Shown here piece by piece: positions 7,772 through 18,100 of a stretch of 64,000 bases of DNA. The DNA comes from Bacteroidales bacterium (GTDB taxonomy: Bacteria > Bacteroidota > Bacteroidia > Bacteroidales > WCHB1-69), in assembly GCA_045534635.1 (NCBI GenBank), contig JAZSKB010000038.1:7778-71777 (forward strand), given 5' to 3'. The number at the start of each line of letters is the position of its first letter. The first letter of the stretch is position 1. A program made the translations under genes and the position numbers. The notes below the pieces were generated by a model. It made no database searches and was not told the DNA's origin. It saw only the letters and a list, made by a program, of their open reading frames with translations.

Positions 7772-10223
7772 CTGCTTCGACTTGGTGGATTAGGCAGTCA
7801 AGCATTTTCGTAAAAATATCGGATGTGGTATTTTCATCTACTCGAAAGCAATAATATTCGTCCTCATCAGTACCTTTATCTGTTGTTTTTGAGTGTTTTT
7901 GGTACTCCTCCCAATTATCTGTCATCAAATAAATATCCAACTCTTTTGCATTCGGACTGCCCCACCATTGGAAGAAGTGATTGTTATATTTAAAGTTAAC
8001 ATTCTTGTTCTCACATTTATAGTATCGACACCCCTCTATCTTATTCTTCTCGCTATAGTCAATAGTATTATCGTATTTCAACTGTGCTAAAATTGGATTT
8101 AGTACGATCTGAGATGATGGATACCCACTTTGCCAAATAGCATGAAAACCATGGTATGTACTTCGAATCCACGCACCTGACATTTTATCGCAAACGTAAT
8201 CCATCAATCCATCTTCAACGATGTTTTTTATATATTGATCGTTTTCGTTTATTTCGGCTATGAACTTACTCGTTACATCATCAGTTATCTCCGTTCCCAT
8301 TATGGCATCAACTGCAGCTCTCCAATTGCTAGAGGTGAGTATGCGTTTCCACCGATTTGCATCATTTGAAAATTCAAAATGCCACCAAATCTTATTTCCG
8401 AAATCATCACAATTTGCCAGTAATGATTTCATTAATAAGGCATTGGACTTGAATTTTTCTTTTCCATCTTTTGCTCCATCTTTGTCAAAATACTCACGTG
8501 CATTTTTCCATTTAGTATCAAAGTGCTCCCAATCATCTCCAATTTTTTCTTTTGTAAACAAGCATCGTATTGCACCTTTGAAGAAGGCGTATCTCTCAGC
8601 CTCAATGATAATTTCTTCCCAAGTTTTTTCATCCGTGCGTTGTCCTCCGTTAAGGATTTGTGTGGCTTTTGCGATTTCTTCTGCTACTTGCTCTTGGGCG
8701 TGGTATTGATTTCCTAATTCAAAGGATTCAAACACATTTGCCAAAGCATTGTAGATTGTATGGCTTTTTGCTGAGAGTTTTTCTATCAGCCTTAATGCAG
8801 CGTGATATGTATCAGAACTGTCTATTGTTGAATTTTCAATGATGTTCCAAACTATACGCATCCATTGTGACAATGTTGTTTTAGTTTCTCTGTTCTCAAC
8901 ACTAAAATATCTCAACAATGCATAAAATGCTACACGAGAAGGATAGGTTTCGCTGTTTTCTCGATTTCTATCTCCTTCAAATAGTTTCCATTTGATTTCA
9001 ATGTCTCTATTCCAAACAGCCTGACAATCTTCTTCGATATTGTTTTGCTTGCTTAACGTATCCCAAATATTGAATATTGGAGATAGACAATCTTCAACGC
9101 CGCATTTACCAATCACATATTCATAAATATCAAAAGAGACAAAATTATCCTTTGTCGGATACAATGGCATTTCTTCTTGAATCCTTTTATTAAATTCATC
9201 CTGCTCATCCTGCTCTTTCTTCTGTTCATCATTCAAAGAGTTTCGTTCTTTTTCTGTTTTGGAATTATTCTCATACCAACACCGCCAGACATTCATAAAA
9301 TGACGGTTGAAGAAACTCATCATTAGGGTATCGGGCAAATTCTTCTCTTTTTTATCTTTGTTTGCGACTTCCCAAAATAAGTCTAGCCAAGTCCCATCAA
9401 TTCCCGTATATTTTTGTAATGCCTTGTCATATTCACCTTTCAATCTACATAGTAAAACCCTGTATTTTCCTTGTAATTCAACAGAAAGATTTTCAGATTT
9501 TGATTTTTCTTCAAGATACTGCTCTAAACTTGCCTTGAAGTTTTCAAAAGGAGTCAATGTTTTCCCACGAGCATTCATCTTCACATATGTCTCATCAGAC
9601 ATTTTATGCTCGCCCATATCAACAAAATGAAACGTAATCGGACAGTTGCAACCACTTGTTAGTTTCTCGGCAAATGTTTTGAAATCGGTTTCGTTTTTCA
9701 TTTGGCAATGAATTTCATCAAGCATTGTAAGCATACCCATTATAGTTGGGTCTTTTTCCCAGTCAGGATAGAACCACGATTGTTTTTTTATATTGTCCGT
9801 TAATGAATTGCCAGATATAATTTTCTCTTGCACCAATTTCTCACAAAATTCCCGTGAAGACTGCCGTGTGGCATAAGAAAACCTGCCGAGTATGTCTCCG
9901 CAAGAGCAATTGTCTTTATGGTTGCAACCTGAATCAGACTGACATTTTTCAAAAATATATTTATGAAAAAGAAAGAGTGTTGTTAGACGTTGCTGTCCAT
10001 CAAATGGAATGAACTTGTTGTTGTCCACTCGCCCGTAAACAAAGTCAAAAAACAAAGGTTTGTTTTCTTCTACTGCTACTGCCTTTATCATATTATCAAC
10101 AAGAGATTTCCTTACATCCGCAGCTTTAGGATTATTGTGCCCTTGAGCATAATCTCTTTGTATGATTGGTATTTCTATCTGATATTTGCTAATCAGTTGA
10201 TAGAATGAATATATGTCGTTCAT
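7719..10223 (-). CDS. DUF262 (GmrS/ParB-like NTPase) protein with a long C-terminal region and no recognisable DUF1524/His-Me nuclease.
   Basis: IPIIQRDYAQG and DGQQRLTTLFLF are near the N-terminus, followed by a Cys-rich insert, CQSDSGCNHKDNCSCG. I see no (E/D)HI...N...N motif in the remaining ~600 aa. Confidence 0.75.
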   Translation of the reverse strand: MNDIYSFYQLISKYQIEIPIIQRDYAQGHNNPKAADVRKSLVDNMIKAVAVEENKPLFFDFVYGRVDNNKFIPFDGQQRLTTLFLFHKYIFEKCQSDSGCNHKDNCSCGDILGRFSYATRQSSREFCEKLVQEKIISGNSLTDNIKKQSWFYPDWEKDPTIMGMLTMLDEIHCQMKNETDFKTFAEKLTSGCNCPITFHFVDMGEHKMSDETYVKMNARGKTLTPFENFKASLEQYLEEKSKSENLSVELQGKYRVLLCRLKGEYDKALQKYTGIDGTWLDLFWEVANKDKKEKNLPDTLMMSFFNRHFMNVWRCWYENNSKTEKERNSLNDEQKKEQDEQDEFNKRIQEEMPLYPTKDNFVSFDIYEYVIGKCGVEDCLSPIFNIWDTLSKQNNIEEDCQAVWNRDIEIKWKLFEGDRNRENSETYPSRVAFYALLRYFSVENRETKTTLSQWMRIVWNIIENSTIDSSDTYHAALRLIEKLSAKSHTIYNALANVFESFELGNQYHAQEQVAEEIAKATQILNGGQRTDEKTWEEIIIEAERYAFFKGAIRCLFTKEKIGDDWEHFDTKWKNAREYFDKDGAKDGKEKFKSNALLMKSLLANCDDFGNKIWWHFEFSNDANRWKRILTSSNWRAAVDAIMGTEITDDVTSKFIAEINENDQYIKNIVEDGLMDYVCDKMSGAWIRSTYHGFHAIWQSGYPSSQIVLNPILAQLKYDNTIDYSEKNKIEGCRYYKCENKNVNFKYNNHFFQWWGSPNAKELDIYLMTDNWEEYQKHSKTTDKGTDEDEYYCFRVDENTTSDIFTKMLDCLIHQVEADEQNKPCYDDCQNKICE

Positions 10224-12061
10224 TTTTGTCCTCCTTTCAGTTTAATACCATATTGGAATTCTTCGTTTTCATTTTGCAGAATTGGTTCAAGTTGCAAGTA
10301 TGCAGCCACAACTTTTGTCATCGCAGTGACGTACTCTTTTCCTGCCTGCTCATCCCATAGCAAGGGATTGGTTGAATTAGGCGAATAGTGTTTGAAAAAT
10401 ACGTTTCTTGTGCATATCGGCACAAACAACGATTCTCTTTCAACGTTTTCGTATTCAGCCAATTTTGCTCTTTTTTCAGGATATAGTTTATTGTTGAAAG
10501 CTGCGTTTTTGTCGCCTTGCAAAAGTGCCATATTTGTTAGGTGGTCATCTTTTTCAAACTCAGAAGTGAAAGTTATACTTCCATCGTCATTTGTATGTGA
10601 CTGAACATTCTTCCCCATAAACGCTCCCATAATAGCTTTGTATGTGTTGTCATCTATACTTTCACTTGTTTCTTTGTCTTTCAAGTAGTTATTGAAGTCA
10701 TCTATTCCTTCTACAGAAATTTTTTCCAAATACCCTTTTATTTGGTCAAATTGCTCTTTGTTCCAATTCGCTTTTTTCTCATTTTGGGCGTGAATATGTT
10801 CCAATGACCATTTCTTTTTTGCCGCTTCAAAGTGCTTGTCAAACGGATAACGAGACAGTTCGCTTATTTGATTTTGAGTGGTTGCAAGATTAAACAACAA
10901 TAAGACATTGTGAATTTCATTGTTGTTTTTGTTATATTCCCAATCCGAAAAATTCTTTAGAGTTATTTCCTTCCCATCTTTTTGCTTAACACCAATACCA
11001 ATTGATTGCTGACAACGCTTTATCAAAGAAGATAAAAACTCATCTTTGGGCTTATCTGCTTCGCATAATAATTTCCGAAGCGTTGTCATTTTGTTTTCCC
11101 CGTTTAGATTCATCAAATAACCTACATAGTGGTATAATTGTCGGTTATCGTACCACGATTTCATTATTCTGAAGAATTTTTGAATGTTACTCCATTGCTT
11201 TTCCCAACCTTCTTTGATATGTTCAGAATAAGTCGAAAAAATGAAGTAATCATTTTGTTTTAACTCATTTTCAATGTCGTATTTGAATTCATTTTTATCA
11301 TTCTTCTCGCAACTCAGAACCATTTCCAAAAGGAAATCAATTCGTGTGCAGTTGAATCTCGCATCTTCTGGTTTGGGGTTTATAAAGTACCAAAACGAAT
11401 TGTCGTGAAGTGTTTGCTCCATCCTGTCCCATTCGCCAGCCATTTCCAATTGTTTGAGACGCAGAGCATCAGAATTCAATCCGTTGAAATTGTCATCTTT
11501 AAGTAAAAGGGCTTTCACCAATTCGGCATTACTCAATGAAATTTTGCCAGAATTAAGGCGTTTGAAAACTTCGTAGGCATTATCTTGGGTTTCATACCAT
11601 ATTACTTTGCAATTTTCTTTGAGTTTTTGTGCAAGATTTTCTTTGTTCCCAGTCCATTCTTTTATAGTTTTCTTTGCTCCAATCATAAAATCATAATCAA
11701 TGTTTTCAGCATTTTGGTCATCATTTTTAATCTTTTGCAGAAAAGTTTCGCTACCAGGACGCGTTTGGTATTTTAGAGATAATGCACTTTCAGGCTCCAG
11801 CAGATTTAGTATTATGAAAATTGTAGTCAATCTCTGCTGCCCGTCAATCACCTCATACCAATCTTTTTTTTCAATTTCTTTTTCTAAACGAGAATCCGTT
11901 TCGTCCATTTTTCTAACAACCAAAGGTTGCAAACAATACCAAGTGTCTTCTTTACCTTCATCTTTCTCTGGTTTGAACTCATTCACGTCATTTAACAAGT
12001 CCTTCACCTGCTGCTCTGTCCACCTATATCCTCGCTGGTAACTTGGTATAAAGAACTTCAT
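10220..12061 (-). CDS. GmrSD-family type IV restriction-like protein (DUF262 + DUF1524).
   Basis: N-terminal FIPSYQRGYRW and DGQQRLTT. C-terminal WSLEHIHAQN and NMALLQGDKNAAFNNK (His-Me finger). Its stop overlaps the start of the next gene as ATGA at 10220-10223. Confidence 0.85.
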   Translation of the reverse strand: MKFFIPSYQRGYRWTEQQVKDLLNDVNEFKPEKDEGKEDTWYCLQPLVVRKMDETDSRLEKEIEKKDWYEVIDGQQRLTTIFIILNLLEPESALSLKYQTRPGSETFLQKIKNDDQNAENIDYDFMIGAKKTIKEWTGNKENLAQKLKENCKVIWYETQDNAYEVFKRLNSGKISLSNAELVKALLLKDDNFNGLNSDALRLKQLEMAGEWDRMEQTLHDNSFWYFINPKPEDARFNCTRIDFLLEMVLSCEKNDKNEFKYDIENELKQNDYFIFSTYSEHIKEGWEKQWSNIQKFFRIMKSWYDNRQLYHYVGYLMNLNGENKMTTLRKLLCEADKPKDEFLSSLIKRCQQSIGIGVKQKDGKEITLKNFSDWEYNKNNNEIHNVLLLFNLATTQNQISELSRYPFDKHFEAAKKKWSLEHIHAQNEKKANWNKEQFDQIKGYLEKISVEGIDDFNNYLKDKETSESIDDNTYKAIMGAFMGKNVQSHTNDDGSITFTSEFEKDDHLTNMALLQGDKNAAFNNKLYPEKRAKLAEYENVERESLFVPICTRNVFFKHYSPNSTNPLLWDEQAGKEYVTAMTKVVAAYLQLEPILQNENEEFQYGIKLKGGQK

Positions 12062-12157
12062 CCCAAGAAGATTTTAGTTCAATCTTATTTTCTGCCATAT
12101 AGTATAATAACTTTTCAAATTCAAAATCACTTGTAAAATTATATTTCACAAACGTTG

Positions 12158-12165
12158 CAAAGATA
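12158..12165 (-). promoter_or_regulatory. -7 box (TATCTTTG on the minus strand) for the DUF262 operon.
   Basis: The plus strand reads CAAAGATA, about 95 nt upstream of the ATG at 12061. Confidence 0.4.
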
Positions 12166-12397
12166 CAACTTTTTTTTATACAAAATCATAAAGTGTTGAT
12201 TTTTTTTTGTTACGTTTTTTATAATAAAAATAAAGCTTTTGTAAGTATCAGAAAACATCTGAAATTGTTTTATTTTTTAGATATAATTTTTGTTACTAAA
12301 AAAAATTATAAAAAAATAATTTATTAAAGATAATTATGAAATAAAAATGTTATCTTTGCAGATATTTATAAAACATAACAAGTAATAAATAATATTT

Positions 12398-12811
12398 ATG
12401 AGAAATATAATAAAAATAATGTTTGCTATAACGATGGTATTAAGTATGGCAAGTTGTGTAAAATCAAGCGAAGAAAAAATACAAGGCAATTGGGACCGCT
12501 ATAATACTAGTTTAGACCCATTTGTTGTTGACACTAATCAACAGGAGATGTGGAAATTTAATAAAGGAGATTTAAAAATATATAAAAGAAGTGCAAGTTC
12601 AGGTTTGGTTTTAGTAGCAGATTTGAATTATTCGATGAGATTGTCCAAAGGCAAAGTAGCAATGTTTATCGAAGCCGATGATAAGAACAAAATAACTCCA
12701 TTAATAAAAGAATCCTATCTTGGCGAATCAAGAATATATCGTCTCCAAGAAGATAATTTTGCGATGAAAGGCGTTGAAACCTTGATATATTACGAGTTTT
12801 ACAGACCTTAA
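12398..12811 (+). CDS. Small lipoprotein, function unknown.
   Basis: Signal peptide with lipobox (LSMASC). A TATCTTTG box at 12351-12358 precedes it. Confidence 0.6.
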   Translation: MRNIIKIMFAITMVLSMASCVKSSEEKIQGNWDRYNTSLDPFVVDTNQQEMWKFNKGDLKIYKRSASSGLVLVADLNYSMRLSKGKVAMFIEADDKNKITPLIKESYLGESRIYRLQEDNFAMKGVETLIYYEFYRP

Positions 12812-12817
12812 AAATAT

Positions 12818-14176
12818 ATGGGCAAAACAAAAAGTATTTATTATTGTCAAAATTGTGGAGCACAATCAGCAACATGGTTAGGCAAGTGTAACAATTGCGG
12901 ACAATGGAATACCTTTGTAGAAGAAATTATCCAACATTCGGCCTCTGCTAAAAAGTCGAATGCTGTTTCATTTGATAGTGTACCTCATCTATTGAGTGAA
13001 GTAAAAGAATCATCACTCAATAGAATACATTCAGGAATGAAAGAATTAGATAGAGTCCTCGGAGGAGGTATAGTACCGGGTTCTATCATTTTGCTGGGCG
13101 GCGACCCCGGAATAGGAAAATCAACATTAATGCTACAATTGGCATTGTGTTTGAAAAATATCAAAGTATTGTATGTCTCTGGCGAAGAAAGTGTATCGCA
13201 AATAAAATTACGAGCCTCTCGTCTGAAAAATGAAACAACAAACGATTGTTATATCCTTAATGAAACAAATTTACAAGCAATTTTTTCACATATCGAAAAT
13301 ATAAAACCACAATTGTTGATAGTAGATTCTATTCAAACATTACAATCATCGTTGATAGAATCTTCTGCTGGTTCAGTTTCTCAAATAAGAGAAACAGCAT
13401 CAGAATTGCAACAATTTGCCAAACAAAGCTCAACCCCAGTATTCCTTGTAGGACATATTACCAAAGATGGAATGTTGGCAGGACCCAAAATATTAGAACA
13501 TATTGTAGATGTCGTTTTGCAATTTGAAGGAGATAGCAATTATATATATCGTTTGGTACGTGCCGCCAAAAATAGATTTGGTTCTATAGCAGAAATAGGC
13601 ATTTTTGAAATGTTGCAATCAGGATTACGAGAAGTAGAAAATCCATCGGAAATTCTTGTTTCTCATCGCGATGAAGATACATCTGGAGTAGCTATTGCCG
13701 CAACAATGGAAGGTCTGCGACCATTGCTGATAGAAATACAAACTTTGGTAACAAAAGCAGTTTATGGCAATCCACAACGGTCATCAACAGGTTTTGATAT
13801 TCGTAGATTGAATATGCTTTTAGCCGTTTTGGATAAAAAATGTGGACAACATTTTGGCACACACGATGTTTTTCTCAATGTTGCTGGAGGCATTCGTACA
13901 GATGATACCGCAGTAGATTTGTCAATAATAGCCGCATTGATTTCATCAGTAACAGATATCCCCTTGAGTGCAAAAGATTGTTTTGTTGGAGAATTGAGTT
14001 TATCGGGCGAAATTCGTCCAGTAAGTCGTATAGAACAACGTATTGCCGAAGCACAAAAATTGGGATACAATCGTATTTTTATATCTTCTGGCAATCAACA
14101 ATTGGGAACATTCCCCTCAATAAAAGTAATAAAAATATCGAAAGTTTCAGAAATGTTGAAATTTTTGTTTGAATAA
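12818..14176 (+). CDS. radA: DNA repair protein RadA/Sms.
   Basis: Zinc finger CQNCGAQSATWLGKCNNCGQWNTF, Walker A GDPGIGKST, KNRFG motif, and a Lon-like C-terminal domain. Confidence 0.95.
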   Translation: MGKTKSIYYCQNCGAQSATWLGKCNNCGQWNTFVEEIIQHSASAKKSNAVSFDSVPHLLSEVKESSLNRIHSGMKELDRVLGGGIVPGSIILLGGDPGIGKSTLMLQLALCLKNIKVLYVSGEESVSQIKLRASRLKNETTNDCYILNETNLQAIFSHIENIKPQLLIVDSIQTLQSSLIESSAGSVSQIRETASELQQFAKQSSTPVFLVGHITKDGMLAGPKILEHIVDVVLQFEGDSNYIYRLVRAAKNRFGSIAEIGIFEMLQSGLREVENPSEILVSHRDEDTSGVAIAATMEGLRPLLIEIQTLVTKAVYGNPQRSSTGFDIRRLNMLLAVLDKKCGQHFGTHDVFLNVAGGIRTDDTAVDLSIIAALISSVTDIPLSAKDCFVGELSLSGEIRPVSRIEQRIAEAQKLGYNRIFISSGNQQLGTFPSIKVIKISKVSEMLKFLFE

Positions 14177-14263
14177 AAAAGGAAACTTAATATCTTTTTT
14201 TCTGGTATTGAATTTTTTAGTAATTTTGCAAAGTTTTTATGATAATAATTAAAGATTAAAAAT

Positions 14264-14974
14264 ATGGGAAGAGCATTTGAATATAGAAAAGCAAGAAAAT
14301 TTAAACGTTGGGGAAATATGGCAAAAGTATTTACCCGAATTGGTAAAGAAATAACAATGGCTGTAAAAGCAGGAGGACCAGACCCTGATGCCAATCCTCG
14401 TTTACGATTGTTGATTCAAAATGCACGTTCTGAAAATATGCCCAAAGAAAATGTAGAACGTGCCATAAAAAGAGCATTTGAAAAAGATACTTCCGACTAT
14501 AAAGAAATAGTTTATGAAGGATATGCACCTCATGGTATCGCAATAGTAATAGAAACAGCAACCGACAATCATCAACGAACAGTTGCTAATTTACGTTCTT
14601 ATTTTACCAAATTAGGAGGAAGCCTTGGAACTCAAGGAATGTTGGATTTTCTTTTTGATAGAAAATGTAGTTTTAGGGTTGTAAAAAAAGATGATGTAGA
14701 TTTAGAAGAATTAGAACTTTTGTTGATAGATTATGGAGTAGAAGAAGTTTTTGAAGATGATGACGATATAATGATTTATGCAGAATTTCAAGCATTTGGT
14801 CCTATTCAAAAATATTTAGAAGACAATAATTTTGAAATAAAATCTTTCCAATTTGAAAGAATCCCTAATGATACAAAAGAAATCTCTGATGCTGAACGAG
14901 AAGAGGTTGAAAAATTGATAGAAAAAATAGAAGAAGATGATGATGTTACCAATGTTTTCCACAATATGAAGTAA
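14264..14974 (+). CDS. yebC: YebC/PmpR-family transcriptional regulator.
   Basis: MGRAFEYRKARKFKRWGNMAKVFTRIGKEI...GGPDPDANPRLR is the family signature. A TAATTTTG box lies at 14221-14228. Confidence 0.9.
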   Translation: MGRAFEYRKARKFKRWGNMAKVFTRIGKEITMAVKAGGPDPDANPRLRLLIQNARSENMPKENVERAIKRAFEKDTSDYKEIVYEGYAPHGIAIVIETATDNHQRTVANLRSYFTKLGGSLGTQGMLDFLFDRKCSFRVVKKDDVDLEELELLLIDYGVEEVFEDDDDIMIYAEFQAFGPIQKYLEDNNFEIKSFQFERIPNDTKEISDAEREEVEKLIEKIEEDDDVTNVFHNMK

Positions 14975-14995
14975 TATTTTTATAGAATTAAAAAA

Positions 14996-15022
14996 AAGGT
15001 AGCCCCAAAGGTTACCTTTTTT
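14996..15022 (+). terminator. Rho-independent terminator after yebC.
   Basis: Stem AAGGTAGCC / GGTTACCTT (one G-U pair), loop CCAAA, then a T-run. Confidence 0.6.
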
Positions 15023-15075
15023 ATTTTTTCAAAGTAAATGAACTAAAAATAATAAAAAAAATTGTACAGACAAAA

Positions 15076-15118
15076 ATAAAAAGAATCAGTGCGAATTTTA
15101 TTCGCACTGATTCTTTTT
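15076..15118 (-). terminator. Rho-independent terminator after the giant T9SS gene.
   Basis: Perfect 15-bp stem AAGAATCAGTGCGAA (15081-15095) / TTCGCACTGATTCTT (15101-15115), flanked by A- and T-rich runs. Confidence 0.7.
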
Positions 15119-15156
15119 CGCCTAATTTTTATAGGCTTATTTTGGATTATCAAAAA

Positions 15157-18100
15157 TTATTTTTTGATAGTCATCTTCTTCGTTAGACGTTGTCCGTTGA
15201 AGTCCATGGTGTAGAAATAAATACCAGCAGCAAGATTTGCAGTATTGAATTCAATGCTGTTTACTCCTGCTTCAGATTCAACTTCTTGAGTATGTAATAT
15301 TTGTCCTGTAATGCTTGCAATAGTAAATACTACTTTGCCTTGACTTGGAATAGTATAATTAACTATTGCCATTTCATTAGCAGGGTTAGGAATATTTTGA
15401 CTCATACCGATAGTGTTAATATCTGTTTCGCTAATACCTAAATTGATACATTTTGTAATTGATAATGTATCATTGTTGTTAGCATCATCAACTTTATCAA
15501 TATAAACATCAATAGTATAATCATTTTCTTCTGGAATAGTAAACGATTGAGCAAAAGTGAAATCAATAGATGTTCCAGCACTAATTTCGTCAATTGTTGT
15601 TCTCCACGCGTTGATTTGGTTTCCATTAGAAGATATAATAGCATGGATAGTAATACCTGACATATCTACATTAGGATTTTTGTTGCTAATCTTAACCGTA
15701 ACATTTTGTTTGTCTCCAACATTTGAACAATCTGCATTGTCTTCTGGAACAACAAATGAAACAAGTTCAATGTCTGTTAAATCAACACATTCTGTAACAT
15801 AGTTTACATACTTGAAGTTGTTGTCGCACAAAGGACTAACGATAACTTCAACATTGTATGTTTCGTCTTCTGGTACTATGTACGCCTTGGTAAATGTATA
15901 TGTAAGTTCTTGTCCAACAGGGAAATCTCCATTGATAGTATCATTATATGTTTGAACAATAACACCAGAAACATCGTAGATATTGAGCGTTAATAAAATA
16001 TCGGTCATATCCATATTTCCAGAATTGCTGATATTCACTTCTTGGAAAACTTCAGAACCAATTGCAACACAATTTGCAAAAGATGTTCCTCCTGTTATTT
16101 GAGTAGGTGCTACAGAAATATTAGGATTAATTTCTATAGTATCAAGGACGAAATCATTTGCTTGATTGCTATCTATTGCCGTAGCAATACTTGCTGAAAT
16201 ATAATATGTTCCTGGTATGAAATCAAAGTTGTTGTCTATAACTAATGTATCAAAAGCCAATCCTTCAATTATACCATTGTTGAGAGGTAAAGTGTAAGAT
16301 GCATTTTTAGCACCAGAAATATTAACTTGCAATTCTGTAGGCATTGAAGAAAAGTCAATATTTAAAGAAGTGGTAGCATTTAATACTACACCCAAAGAAC
16401 GACCTGTTAGGTTACAAATATCGTAATCTGAAGAAATAATTTCACTAATAGCAAGGTCATGTTTTCCATAAATTCTGATTCTATCAATAAGTTGTTCACC
16501 GTTATAATCATCTGTAGTCCATCTCATTGCTGAAAAAGAAACAATAACACAAGGAGCATTAAAATTATCTAAAGGTAAACTATAGTAAGTCCAACCAGAA
16601 TTAGAACCATCATTCTTTCTTATTATTGCGATAGTTTGGAATGAAGCACCACCATCTAAAGAAATCTTAACATTGGTATAATCCATAGTGCTGGCAGTGT
16701 TATCGTGCCAATACCAGAAATCAAGTTTTGGTTCAGAAGTTTTAGAAAGGTCTATTTGACGAGTGTAAATAGCGGAAATCGCTCCACGAGAACCTTTAAA
16801 TGACAACATGTTAGTTCCATATTGTGGTAAAATAGTACCATCGCTATTTGTATTAACTATTTCCCATGTATTTTCAGAATTACATTCTTCTAAAGTAAAT
16901 GAAGAAGACCATCCTTGAGAGAAATTTTCGTCAAAAGGTAATGAAATTTTGTGAATAGTATAAGAAGTAAACAAACTATCATCAACATTAATAGTATCAT
17001 AACCATTTGAAATCCATGCAGATATATAATAATCTCCAGAATCAACAAGTTCAAAGTTATTCATAATAGGAATAGTAATTTTTTGTAGAATAGGCAAAGT
17101 ACCTTTATTCCAAATAACAACAGTATCCCAATTTTTTGTACCAGAAATATTGAGATGTAAATATAATGTATCTGTAGGGAAGTTTACTGTTACAGCCCCT
17201 TTTCCTGTAATAACATAAGATATAGTTGAAGGTCCTGAAGAACAACGGTCATTGCTATCTGGTAAACCAAGAATTTCAACTAATTCAATAGATTTACCAT
17301 CGATAGTTTCCATAGAGTAAGCACCTAAAACGGTAGTTTCACCTCTTCTTCTTCCTCTAATATCATAATCAATATCTGCAAGGTTAGGACATGCGAAAGG
17401 AGAGTAATCATAAACATCAAGATTAATATTTGTATCAATAAATATTGGATTAACACTTATAGAATTTACATCTTGATAAGTTGCATTTCTCAATGCTGCC
17501 ATAGAAGTCATAGCAGTACCAATATATCCAACAGTATTTTGATTGCTGGAATAATTATTGTAATCAAGAGTTGTTCCATTTGTCGTTGTTGCATAAGTTG
17601 CTGTACTCGCATAAATAGGATAATTAGATCCTGTTGTGGTAGTTGAGTGAAGCATATTCGCTAAAAATCTTAAATTATAAGAAGATGTTTGATTTCCTAT
17701 ATAAAGACCATAACAAGTTCCTGACGTACTCGTTAAATAAACACTATTATTCAAAATATTGGCTGTAGTGTAATAAGAATAAATACCATATTTAGTTCCT
17801 GTTCCTAATTGAGTAGGATTTTGACGAATTTCATTATTCACAATATATGCCAATGTTCTTGGACTAGTGCTTCCTTTTATATTGTAATAATTATTATAAT
17901 ATAATCTAATACCATACTGAGTTCCTGTACTATTCATACTAATGATATTATTTTGCATAGTATCAATAGTAACATAATAATATGCATTGAGATGATATTG
18001 TGTACTTGTTCCAGTACGAGAAGATAACATATTATAAGAAACACTTGGATAATATCCATAATAATATAAATAGATACCATAATAATAATAATCTGTAATA

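Noticed and set aside
1-12397. Calling the left 12 kb an ICE, a prophage or a defined mobile element.
   Set aside because: No integrase, transposase, relaxase, conjugation or phage structural gene and no flanking direct repeats are visible in the window. Only composition and gene content suggest horizontal origin.
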